Below, in pieces: positions 34,967 to 46,899 of a stretch of 64,000 nucleotides of DNA; positions within the stretch are counted from its first letter, which is position 1, and each line of letters opens with the position of its first letter. The notes beneath the pieces were generated by a model. That model was not told where the DNA came from and did no database searches. It saw only the letters and a program-made list of their open reading frames with translations. Source of the DNA: Babesia bigemina (taxonomy: Eukaryota); the NCBI RefSeq assembly GCF_000981445.1, contig NC_027217.1, positions 1,178,001-1,242,000 on the forward strand, read 5' to 3'. A program made the position numbers and the translations under genes.

Positions 34967-37317
34967 ATGAGATATATAAGTTGTTTCACACAACATATGA
35001 GATCACCCATGCATCCTATGGCAAAATCATTTTCTTTCTTCGCCGTAAACGAGACAGATGTGGAGGCTGAATCTACCACTAAGGGTAAGTGTAATGTTCT
35101 GCGATCTAAACTTAACCCAACATCTATAATTGATATGCTTTCATACACATATAAGCGTTTTATACAAATATATAGGATCGCCTGGGGAGCCGTGTTTAGA
35201 GTCGTCGCGTGAGTTTTCGTCTTCCCACCCTATATCCAGAAGCACCTATTATGCCGCCAATGGCAAAGATATGGGCGACTTACATGACCACATAAAATCA
35301 TCTAATGTGACTTGGCGATTCAGAGCTGGTTTCCACAGGAAGTTGAATGGACATCCTACCTCTAACTACGCCATAATAACTTTCTTTGCAAATCGATTGG
35401 TAAGTCACCGTCACCTAATACAGTTACATGTCAACCAATTGTTTGATGCATACTGTAATAATAATTAACATTGTGCGTGCCAGGGTGAAGGAATTCGGCG
35501 AAATGATTCTACTACGTTTTTAGACAACAAGCGGCATTTTAAAAACTACTCGTCTACAATGTCCTTTGAAGCCAACAAAACGACACACATTAGTACAGCC
35601 ATCAAACCTTGGCCATATAGAGGTATTCGTTTCTAACGACATTGGATTTGTTAAGCAGGAAAAAGTTTGAAACCGTTGAAATGTCTACAGAAACATATTT
35701 CTACACTCGAACAAAAGTTGACGGTTGGTAATACAACGGACACGCACAGAGGTATGCTGCATTTGTAAAGGTCCATTAATAGTCTCAGGATTTCAGGGTT
35801 GTTTATCCACTAGCGTTTCGCAACTTCATGACATAACCCACTCATGGAAATTGAAAAAAGGTTTGGTTACATCACACGATGTAAACTGCATCATAAAAGA
35901 CCATGCATCACGAGGAGATTTGAAAGGTGTATTGTCGTTATTATCCGAGCTAAGATCAAATGGGTTCGCCATCACGAAAGAGAATTACAACAACATCTTA
36001 ATCGCTTTTCAAAATGTGTATACGGCGGACACTGCGCGATACATTTGCTTGTGTTTAATCGCCGATGGTATGTCACCTGATTTGACAACATATACCTTTC
36101 TTATAAAGGCTCACGTATTGACCGGGGATGTTTCTAGCGCATTTACCTTTTACCGTAAAATGGAGAGAGCTGGAATAAGAGCTGATTTGACCGTTTATAC
36201 AACACTTATAGATGGTTTAGTCGGAAAAGGCCTTCTTGACAATGCATGGAGACTCTACGGTTACATTCGAACGTGGCGACTTATACAACCAGATGTCCAT
36301 CTCTTCACTACCATGATTAAAGCTTCTGCGCATTCCGGTGACACACATAGGGCCGTCTCGTTATACGATGAAATGTTGCAGTTGAATATTTCTCCGACAA
36401 GTCATACTTACGAAGCCTTGATACATTGCTGCTCACGAGAAAAGTGCTATGCGCAAAGATGTCTCGAATTCTACGATAGAATGAGGTGTAATGACACTCC
36501 AATTAGGCATGACACACTTATACATCTTCTGAGGGTAAGTACCAGATTATATATTAGGGGCAATGCGTGTTTTATAGGCGTGTAAAAATATTGGCAATAC
36601 CAGGAAGGCGATGGATGTTTTAAGGGACGCTAGTGATCAAGGAATTAACATCGATGAGAATATATTAGCTGCTGCGATTAACGTGATGCTCAATGACTCT
36701 TTTGAATCCACCGCTTCGTATTTCCGTAAAACAGAGGGCGTCCGAAAGGCCTGCTGTTTAGTTCGCTCTCTCCTAACCCTCAAGAAAGTTGTGACAACAA
36801 AAGTCATGAACACTATTATGGAAGTGTATGAAAACGCAGGGTACTACGACTATGCGGTGGCCGCTTATAATTACTTTCATCGGTTAGGTGTAGAACCTGA
36901 CCACCAATCGCACACAATACTTCTGAGGTAAGTCCCATTCCACCTTTTTCCGAACCATTCAGGATATTCGGTGAAAAATTGAGGGACCCCTGTCGATTTT
37001 TCGCAGTGTGGCAAACTGTACGAGATAACATAAAACCCGGTAGGGAGTTTTTGAATGTTGCCCTTGATATGGCAATGCTGTCGAATTCAGCGAAAAGAAC
37101 TTTATACATATTGGAGCATATGTACGAATCAAAAACGCACCCTTTGCCCGAATTAGCGGCCACGTTGCACATCAAGGGAAGAAATATCCCTCAGATCCAC
37201 ATTATGATAAATAGGCTTTTCTGTCTGCAGAAATCACTGTCATACGATAAGAAACAAAAAGACCACCAGATGATGCAAACATTCCTGGATGAGAACAGAC
37301 TGTATTATGCCAATTGA
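34967..37317 (+). CDS. Pentatricopeptide-repeat (PPR) protein, probably organellar; multi-exon, 5' end approximate
   Basis: Tandem 35-aa motifs PDLTTYTFLIKAHVLTGDVSSAFTFYRKMERAGI, ADLTVYTTLIDGLVGKGLLDNAWRLY and PDVHLFTTMIKASAHSGDTHRAVSLYDEMLQLNI. Confidence 0.9.
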
Positions 37318-37390
37318 CCGCCAAACGCAAATACGTTTGTGCGACGCAGTGTCATGCACAGCCACACATTGCAACAACCATATTCATAAT

Positions 37391-37948
37391 TTAGTAAGCG
37401 GCATACTTAACCGTCATGTCATCATAGTTATATCTTACAGCCTCTGAAAGGCAACCCATGCGTACATTAGTCTTCTTTATTGCCAACACACTGATGTTTT
37501 TCACGGGAATGGTATGAGGAAGCGTGACCTTTTTTTCTATGCTCACGAAAGGCACGCCCTTCAAGCGGCATGCAGCAGGTATATGCCATATCATGTTATT
37601 ACACACGTTCCCTTTGAACAAAATGACCGCTTCTACGTCGATGTTATTCTCTATAGCACGTGTAGCTCGATTGACTCCCCAGTGCGCATCGGCTTTCACT
37701 GATACCCACCCCAGGTTTAGGATCCTAAATAAATTTATTACACCGCAGGCAAACTTACTCATCCAACAGTTCCAGCAAACGGTTCTGATAATGCCCGCAG
37801 GCTATGCGCCTTCGTTAACATGGACCTAGGTCAGCAGGTAAACGAACCAATCTATTGGACACTGCACTGCCAGTGACAATTTTATAAGGCCCCTGCTATC
37901 CTTCGACAGAGATGTAGCTTTAACAACGGTGATCTTGGCGTCCTTCAT
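37391..37948 (-). CDS. L7Ae/L30e-family RNA-binding protein (RNase P/MRP Rpp38/Pop3-like); 3' end approximate
   Basis: WGVNRATRAIE...VILF...HIPAACRLKGVPFV matches the L7Ae fold. Two short GT..AG introns restore the frame from the ATG at 37948. Confidence 0.7.
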
Positions 37949-39092
37949 TGTCTAATATTGTGAACTTGACGGCTTGGTAGAATGTCAGTAGAGTGCGTGC
38001 CTGGGTTTTGTTGTGACAAAAATCCACGCCTACCATTGTCACGATACTTGTTTGCGATGTCTAAGAAGTCCTGAGTGCACGCCATTTCAGCTCTATAATA
38101 TTGGTACCTGGGAATGTTTTTTAATCACGATATGGTCACCAACTTGCAGCGAGGATTTCCTTCTCCAAGCTCTTTGCAACAACGACAGAACAGAGCGTAA
38201 CGCAATCGGCAATAATTCCACTGAGTGTGCTGTAAATTTCGGGGGTCCTAGAGTGACAAATGGAATTTCTTCAATACGAAATTACCCCTACGTGCGGATT
38301 ATCAACGACCAAGTGGTCATATGACTCCAGAAACTGCAAATCTTTCGGATGGACAATATCGAATTTCCTTGGTAACATTTTAGGTACTACAATCCACGAG
38401 TTAAATGTGAGATTCCTTGGCTAGATGCACATAGTACACCAAGCCTATGGGGGTTTGTTGCGTGTAACGTAAACATAGGTGTCGCGTGTTTCAGTGAACA
38501 TGATGGCATCCTGCATAAGAAATCATTTCATATTTAGTTTATTCATGATACCTTGAAATGACAGCTTCATTATTACGCGGTAGCCAGACTACTTCACTTT
38601 ATAAGCTGAAGTAGCAATCTAGCAACAGAAGAACATGAAATAAACTATTATGCAAACTACACTTGTGAAGTGTGGCACCCTGTGCTTGTTGGCCGTGCTC
38701 AACCGGAAAGGTAATTCTCATCATCTGTGTTACGTCGTCACGTCTACTACTCACGCAAAGATTGGAGCCAAACTTTATAAGTGTATTTCGATAAAAGAAA
38801 CACGTGTTTTATATTACTATTTCCGCGTTTGCCACTTTTTAGCGTCAACTCTATGTGCGCTTTCTTGCTATGCACGCGTATATAAAGGAGCCCTTCCGCA
38901 CATTGTACCGAGTAATTGCAGGCAAAGGTGTTTGCTATGAAATAGTGTGACCCTTTCAGCTACTGTTTTCCTTCATAACATTAAAAATTCTTGTTTGAGT
39001 GATGACGAGCCTTTGCTGTGGGCATGATCGCAGCCGCTTGAGCAGAGTTTCACACATATAACGACACCATAAAAGCATGCCATTTAAAACCT

Positions 39093-41292
39093 ATGAACAG
39101 CCTTTGCGTCCATGGCGTAGTCGCAGCATTTATACTTGTTATTTATTCTGCGGAATTTCCAACTCTTGTTATAAGCTTTAGACTATATCCTACCGCGGAA
39201 GGAATCCAATTCCAAGGTTTTATCAATCAGGCAAGGTTGGACATAGCTTCTAGGGACACTGGCAGCACCCCTCTGCGTGCCAACGGGAAGCGTACACGCG
39301 GGAGACCCTCAGGTAGTAAAGGGGATTTAGATCGGTCGTCTTTCGAACAAAACCACGAACGAATTCCCACCAATAAACCACAATGCGAGCCACAAAATTA
39401 CGAAAAAGGCCACATGAACTCATATACGGACCCCCTGTTGGCAGAATTTGGCATCGATCTCGGGAATATGGGAAATGATGTCTTTGATTGGCTTTGGCCA
39501 AAACCTAGCAAAGGACGCTTAAAGAGAGTGAGCATATCGCTAATGACAACAATAAATATACAGGATCGATCAAAATCAGAGTACATCGAGAAGGGAGGCT
39601 ACTTGCCCCGAAACAACATAATGGGGACATCAGGGAAATCGAAGCTATTTGTGCACCAATACACGCACAACTACAACTCGTGTATACAGAGATATGTTCT
39701 ATACAATTACGGTAAGGCACGATTGCTACCGACCTAATTTGTAGCTCAGGAAAAACTTGTAGACACGTACAAAAGAATAGCATTCCACATGAGATTATCC
39801 CCTAGGTTATTGGCTCGGGAAGTGTCAGCAGTAATAGGAAAATTTGGAATGAATATTCTACAACCCACCGGTAAGTGTAAAAATAGCAATTTGTTTTTTT
39901 CTACATATCTCGGTCATACGCACATAATGCAATTCTGCAGGGGATGAACAAGGTAGACACACAGCACCTGACGTTTTATGTCTAAGGAGAACAAAAACAC
40001 GAGTTTTTTGTATACTCGGTCGTAAGCTTCTGAAGTACCATCTGTTGCTCTTGTTGAGATATATACGGCTAGGCATCCCTCCGGAGATACGTGAGCGCTA
40101 TGTTAGAGATATTTTGACACGTAAAAACATTGCATGCGCATCTGACATGATATGCAGTGGCATAGTATCGCACAAGATAGCTCTAAATGTGGAAAAACAT
40201 CTCCACATACAACAGGATATGGCTTTGCGCCTAACATATCCGGAGCGCATGGATTTCATCACGCAAGGGTATCCTTATTCTTCGGCTTCCTTTTTGCAGG
40301 GAGACAAGAGCGGTTGGTCCCCTTCTAATCTTGTAAATGAGATCGTGTACGAGCGTCTCAGCGATAAATCTAAATGCAAACTTGTGTACATGGCTGCAGT
40401 GATTCATCCTCAGTATTGCTCGCAGATTATTAAGAACGTTGTTTACCGTGCAGGGTACAAGTGTGAGCGCGACCTGTTATTGAAATATTGCTTGGGATTC
40501 ACATTTTGTTCGAGAGGTGCTAAGGCATTTGTTTCGAAATTGAAGGAAGAACGGATAAGCGACGTGTACCTAATGAAGGCTGCTCAACTCGCAATGCGTG
40601 ACAAAGCGATTCGATTAACGTCCCAGTCACTGGACCTTTTGCGTAATGTACCCATAGTTTCCGGTTTAATTAAAAGACATATTGAATCAGGAAGGAAGCT
40701 GTTGCCCATTCGGACCGCTCGAGTTATATTCAAGCGAGTACGTAGCCACGCCGAGCTGCAACCTGAAGATATGATTCTTTGGGATGTGCTCCGTGAAACC
40801 ATAACCATGAGGATTCCTAATGCCACGCCATATATCCTTAAACAGGTCAGGATGGAAATATTTGGTAACGAAACTTTCACTGACCCCACGCTTTATTATT
40901 GTCTTAAAAATCGAGGTATTGATACGAGCACGATGGACGAGATATTAAAGGAAAAAGGAAGCGCCATACATGACATGGATTCTGCCATTAAATTTAGCAT
41001 GGCAAATAAGACACGCACTCAGCTTAGGCGTGCGTGGCTAGATATGTCCGATTCAAATAAAAAGGAGATGGAAAGACTGGGTTTAAACATTATTGATGCC
41101 ATGGTGGTAACGGCTGGTTACAGCAGTCTGAATAACTTGCTTGTGCTAGTTACAATGCTTTCAAAGAGATCGCTTGACCAACCCGCAAAATGTTGTCAGC
41201 GTGTGCACGAGTTTGAACGTTTAGGAAGATTGAAGCTTAGGGATTTCAAGTTCAGCAAGTTAGACAAGCTAATCACATCGAATCACGTCTAA
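39093..41292 (+). CDS. Hypothetical protein with signal peptide and basic leader (possibly apicoplast-targeted), multi-exon
   Basis: N-term VHGVVAAFILVIYSA followed by an R/K-rich stretch; long terminal exon 40045-41292. Confidence 0.6.
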
Positions 41293-41489
41293 TGGCTGTC
41301 TAACACAAAGCTCAGAACTTAATGTAATAAGCCCCGGGTGCCTATGCAGACACTTGAACACGCCACTGTGTGTCCCCTTCGTGCGCAAAAGGATGGCGGC
41401 CATCCGTCGTCACGACGATATACATGTTCTTAGGTCCATAACAACAATTTCGCATTGTATTAACCACCATTTTAAACTGTCTCTATATA

Positions 41490-43142
41490 TCAGGTTGCCT
41501 CAAACCATGGGTGTGCTAAGATGCTTTCAGTGCTTAATCTTTGTTTTGGATCCTTGTTCAACATGCCCTTCAATAGGTCCTTTAGATCAGGCGACACGGG
41601 TCGATAGTTGTGGAATATTAGCGGTTTTTCCAGCATATTAATTAGCGTTTCTATGCAGCTGTTACCTTCATGCGGTAACACCCCATAAATCATGGCGTAA
41701 AGAATCACGCCCAGTGAAAATATCTCACGTTTGCTTCCGGATATTGGGCCTTCAACATATTGTAGCGATTCTGGACTACAGAACGATGTTGTGCCTTCGC
41801 CATCATACAAAAGCGGCTGACCGTTTGCAACATCCACGTCACCAATGCTTGACACACCGAAATCCGTTATTACCACACATACATCCCGTATTTCAACTAC
41901 CGATCGCTGGATTAATGCTTTCTGATTTGTTCTGAAGCGCTGACCTCGCCAGGATTCAGCAGCGCTGAGAAGCAACTCAGGCTTTTTGTACGGTATGTAC
42001 GAATCACTCGCTGAGAGAAAGAAATCCAGCAAATTGCACGAATTATGCATACACGATTCGGCAGTTGTTTTGGCAAAGTGGAGAGCCGCTTTGCCTATCC
42101 GCATGGTTTTGCTCTCCTCTTTGCTCCCCTGGATAATATCACAGACTATGTCACATCCATTATCCCATAGCCACTCGGAATCCGATGCAACCGAGTTGTC
42201 GTAAGGAAAGTGCATCTCTACAACATGAGACAGTTCAATTTCATAGCACGACGTTGTCACTTCCGATAGCAGGAAACGTTCGACGTATTCACCTAGTATT
42301 TCGTTACAATAAGGGTTGTATGATTCATTTTCATCTATTAAACTACTTTCATCGAATTGGTGTTCATCACATATATAAGAGATATTAACAGCTTCGTACA
42401 TGGATGTATCATCCTGAAGGAGAAGAATGTTTTCAGGTTTCAGATCCTTGTGCACAATGCCTACTGAGTGCAGATAGATAACAGTCCCTATGATGTCCTT
42501 CATTATACGTCGGGCATGATCTTCTTTGTATAAACGTATCATGCATGATTCCCCCTGGTCATAAGCAACATGGTTGGTCGACGTCATCGCGACGTACGTG
42601 TTAAGCTTTGAATGGAAATGCAGTAGCTGGCATGGATAATAATCCATGACAATGTAAAAAACATCGCGGTCGACGCTAATTATAACCTCACGCAGTGTTG
42701 ATACACCTGGGTGTCCGGTAACGGACGAGTGATACAGAACCTCATCGATAACCTTATCCAAAAGCGAAACGACTTCCATTTCAGCGGCACAGAAGCGAAG
42801 AGCATTTTGCCGCCTACACGATTCGATGGAATACGCCTTTATGCAACAAAAACTATTCGTTGTGACATCGAAGCATAGCCATATATCTGCAGCGCTCGTT
42901 TGAGCGATTTTTGATTGAAAAAAATACTGATTCACTGCCCTTCCTACTACTACGAATCCAGGTAAAGACTTGCCGTCAATCTTTGCAAAGTATTCTTGAT
43001 GTATGTTTATACAATTGTAGCCAGAAGCAGCGGTGCCGTGACATATTTTAATGGGTGTCCACGGAACACATTTTGTGACAACCCTAATATCGCTGTCGGC
43101 AAGTCGAGAGACAAGACCAATGATAAATTCATTCATTCCCAT
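41490..43142 (-). CDS. Ser/Thr protein kinase (CaMKK-like) with a large insert
   Basis: CIKAY, GIVHKDLKPENILL, ITDFG, GTTSFCSPE, IFSLGVILY and LAHPWF motifs. Confidence 0.9.
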   Translation of the reverse strand: MGMNEFIIGLVSRLADSDIRVVTKCVPWTPIKICHGTAASGYNCINIHQEYFAKIDGKSLPGFVVVGRAVNQYFFQSKIAQTSAADIWLCFDVTTNSFCCIKAYSIESCRRQNALRFCAAEMEVVSLLDKVIDEVLYHSSVTGHPGVSTLREVIISVDRDVFYIVMDYYPCQLLHFHSKLNTYVAMTSTNHVAYDQGESCMIRLYKEDHARRIMKDIIGTVIYLHSVGIVHKDLKPENILLLQDDTSMYEAVNISYICDEHQFDESSLIDENESYNPYCNEILGEYVERFLLSEVTTSCYEIELSHVVEMHFPYDNSVASDSEWLWDNGCDIVCDIIQGSKEESKTMRIGKAALHFAKTTAESCMHNSCNLLDFFLSASDSYIPYKKPELLLSAAESWRGQRFRTNQKALIQRSVVEIRDVCVVITDFGVSSIGDVDVANGQPLLYDGEGTTSFCSPESLQYVEGPISGSKREIFSLGVILYAMIYGVLPHEGNSCIETLINMLEKPLIFHNYRPVSPDLKDLLKGMLNKDPKQRLSTESILAHPWFEAT

Positions 43143-43880
43143 TTACCTATCTCGCCTTGACATTGTGTGGGAGGAATAATGAAGCATTTTGTTCCTTCGT
43201 TATATCGATGCTGGTGACCCAAAACACCCGTTGGATCACCACGCCCTAACTATTGATCCAAAGTTGCATACACTGAACGCAACAATGATCCACTGCATAT
43301 ACAATCTCATTATAGCACAGTGCCTTGCAGATGGAATATGGAAACCAATTACGATAAATCCACACGCTGATATGCCATGGCGTGTTATATGTGACGTTAA
43401 CATCGATTATTCCAAAATATGTTTCGTAAGATACAACGATTATGGACTCTTAGCAATACGCCGCAGGCCTCGCAAAACTCTAGACGTGCAGCATTTTACC
43501 CGGGTCGATGCAGCTGTTATAAAAACAACGCAATTATTGAAAACCAACTCACATTAAAGTGTTACCATTTACGTGAACCTAAGCTATGATTCCAAAGCCC
43601 TGTGAAGGAACAATCTACAATAAGATGACAGAACTAATCAGAGCCATACGTATATTGCCGTTGTGAAAGACCCCGATCACACACACCAGAAGAGCACACA
43701 AATTATTTTTCAAAATAACGTCTCGAACAATTACACGTAGTGTTACACGTAGAACCCTGCGTCGAGCACGGGTGTTAATCAGGGTGTGATGCGACACCCA
43801 AAGACGCGCATATCCCCCTCAACTTATATTTTGTTTCCTTCCGTTTACGCTACTACCCTTCCCAAAATTTCGTTTCCCAA

Positions 43881-44818
43881 ATGGTGGTTTTTAAAGATGT
43901 TCACCATTTAAGAAGGGTCTGCAAAAACTTAACAAACAACAACACGGACAAGCGCCTACAGGATTTCTTTTTTCAAAGAACATATCGGTTGTGGTACAAC
44001 GATTCAACACAATATGTGTATTATCTATTGAGTGCTGTAACGATCGGCGTTAGTGTCGTGGTCGGTTTCCATGAATTGGATGGTAACCCTGACGTAACGT
44101 AAGTTTATTAATCTTTGCGCGCTTACATAAACAAACAAGCATGATATGCGTGCTGCGTATTGTATATAGCTGGGTTTGTTTTTCGCTAAATGCCTTTTGT
44201 ATATTTTTTGGCACAAGCCTAAATACAAAAAGCCAACTCAGCAACATAAATAAGGCTGCTACCTATTTTGATTATATAATTCCCCTCATAGATTTGTCGT
44301 ATACGGCCATCAATAATACCGAACTTCTGTACATTTTACATTTTAGGATTTCACACAACGTTCAGGGGGAGGTCTCGCCACGCAAGGTTGCAACTTCCAG
44401 ATAGACTTATGTTACATGCTCACGCAATCCCCTACTACAACCATTCTTTAAGGTACGCATTTAAAGCATTGACGGTTTATATTTACCCATAGGAATTTCG
44501 CGATGCGCTTTACTGCTTCACTTGTGGACAATGAGCATGACTACAGTAAAGAGACGACACATGGTAAGGCCGTCATTGCATTAATAGTCCATTATTTACA
44601 CACGCAAACATTGAATGCAGCCTATCGTCCGAACCGCGCTAAGCACTACGGGAGGTACCCTTTGGTTTTCAGCGCACCCAAGTATTTCGTGGACTGTCCA
44701 GAATATGACAGCACCCTGCACAAGAATGTGGAAAACAGATACAAGGTTGGTAGTAATGAGCATAGATAAAATGAATTGCACTTAGGCTATTGGTTACTAC
44801 AATGATAGTATCATGTAG
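43881..44818 (+). CDS. Probable apicomplexan cytochrome c oxidase accessory subunit (NDUFA4-like), multi-exon
   Basis: A single TM (YVYYLLSAVTIGVSVVVGF) followed by GNPDV resembles NDUFA4. Exons are joined by GT..AG introns. The family call is from recall only. Confidence 0.5.
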
Positions 44819-44983
44819 CTTACGTTTGATAACGTGAACCAAAGTTAATGTTCATAGCGAAGGTAGTTTAACATAAGTGTTATTTGCTTGAGGATTTACT
44901 CGTACTGTTCAGCAAAGCAATGCGCCGTTCCGAAAACACTAGAGAATTCACTTTTCAGCGCGCGAAGCGTAAAGACGACATCG

Positions 44984-45883
44984 CTAGTACGGTTGCTGGT
45001 AGGATCTGGGCGTGATGTTCTCTTGCGGAGCGGTATATCTGTGCTGGACGTATGGCATCTGACCCTGCGAAGTTTGGTTTGTGGGATGTTCACTAAGCAG
45101 GCTTCCTTCTGCGTAGGTTAAAGTGCCCGGTATTATGGCGTGCGATTTAGCACTATGTATAACTTGCATGGGGATTTTGGCAACGTGCCCATTTTGCATC
45201 ACATGCCCGCTTGAAGGTACGCTCTTGGAGTAATGAATCATAGTGTTGATTGCGGGCATTCCGTGGCAGGGTATAAACTGCGAAATCGGCGCATTCACCA
45301 TCTGCCCTTGGGCGGCTTGGTTTGGGATATAACGGTTTGATCCCCTTTGGTATATAGCATTATGCGTTTGGACGATCGCTCCGTGACTTTGCACGTATGA
45401 ATCCCGCGGTTTAGTGACATTCGGTGATATCGAATAACCAATGCCATCGTTCACATTCATTACCGCGTCATATTGTATCATGTTGTCTGTCTTTGGTTCC
45501 AACTTTGGATACAACTCTTCAGGCTTAAAAACATCCAACATAAAATTGTAAATACTATTTTTAAAAATGGCAGCCGCTACATCTTGCCTTTGCAATGTGC
45601 ATCTTCTGGTAGTAAGGGTGCAATACCAAGATTGCAATGTTAGATCCCTGATAAGCATCTCGCACGCCTTGGCCAATAAAATGGGTGCATCCGAAGCAAT
45701 CATACCCGGATGTTCCCCTTCTTTCATGATCTTTTTAATTCGTGCAACAGGGAGATGAAATCCCTTGTTAGTAGAACCGACATCGCCTACTAAGCACGAA
45801 CCATCCAATACAAAGTGCTCATTTTGCCCTACTTGCCACCCGATATGTTCACCCCTATGTTCGAAATCTGCATAATCGGCCAT
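44984..45883 (-). CDS. NF-YC: CCAAT-binding factor subunit C (NF-YC/HAP5) histone-fold protein with Q-rich tail
   Basis: LPVARIKKIMK...MIASDAPILLAKACEMLIRDLT...RRCTLQRQDVAAAI. Confidence 0.9.
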   Translation of the reverse strand: MADYADFEHRGEHIGWQVGQNEHFVLDGSCLVGDVGSTNKGFHLPVARIKKIMKEGEHPGMIASDAPILLAKACEMLIRDLTLQSWYCTLTTRRCTLQRQDVAAAIFKNSIYNFMLDVFKPEELYPKLEPKTDNMIQYDAVMNVNDGIGYSISPNVTKPRDSYVQSHGAIVQTHNAIYQRGSNRYIPNQAAQGQMVNAPISQFIPCHGMPAINTMIHYSKSVPSSGHVMQNGHVAKIPMQVIHSAKSHAIIPGTLTYAEGSLLSEHPTNQTSQGQMPYVQHRYTAPQENITPRSYQQPY

Positions 45884-46899
45884 TGTTGTGAAGATTCGCA
45901 GTTCAAACTCTCAGTTACAATGGAGTTATTACCGCATATCAACAATCAGCCAGATTTACTATAAACGTCGCCATACAGACATTAGGATCAAAAAAGATCG
46001 TGTTGGAAAACTACTATGTGTAAAAACCAACCGTCTCCATTGAGTGAACAGACCAAGCCAGACCGACTGATCATTCCCGGATAAACACCGTGCGTACAAA
46101 TCAACAAAACTTGGGAAAGCTAAGAACTTTATGACATCGTTGCTCGCATAAAAGTATTTGTGATAATGAAATGATTTGTGGAAGAGTCTATTACAATTCA
46201 ATAGCACATTGGGTAACGTGCTGAATGCGCGCATATACGTCTCAGTTCACCACCAGCATAACAATTTCGTGCAATGACAAGAGTTATCACCATTAAGGAA
46301 CATTATTTATCACGATTCATGTGGCGCAACTCGTTAAGGAAGGTGTAATTAACAACACATATGACGTCTTGTCGACTCAGGCAACGGCTTGTGTAAAAAC
46401 TCATTCTTAGAGTATTAATCTAATCATGAAACCATTTGCGGATTGATGACAAAATCTGTGCTTCATGATTTGGACTGTCAATGCGAACGTGTTCTCTTTT
46501 TGTACCGTTTCGTCGAGAAGGGCCGCTACGGAGCGATGTTACACACCACACTTGTAATGTGATCCAAATTAGAAATACTTTAACATCCCACGGTCTATAT
46601 AAACCACATTATATGAATTGCCACTTCAAAAAGTGTAGTCTTGTTGAATTCATTGAGTTGACACGTTACATATCGCATAATTCCTGTTATTCGGATTCGC
46701 GAAATTCGTGAGACGATGGTCGATAACTTTCCGTTATATGATCGGCATTAGAAATGACAAATTGCCGATTAGTGAAATGCTCAGAGGTGGATATGGTAAA
46801 ATATATAAGTTTCCTATAGTTATGAGTTACATGAGAGTTGCGAATCCCACCCATTTGACAAATGCATATAGTTGAAGCCGTGAAATTGTAGATGCTACG

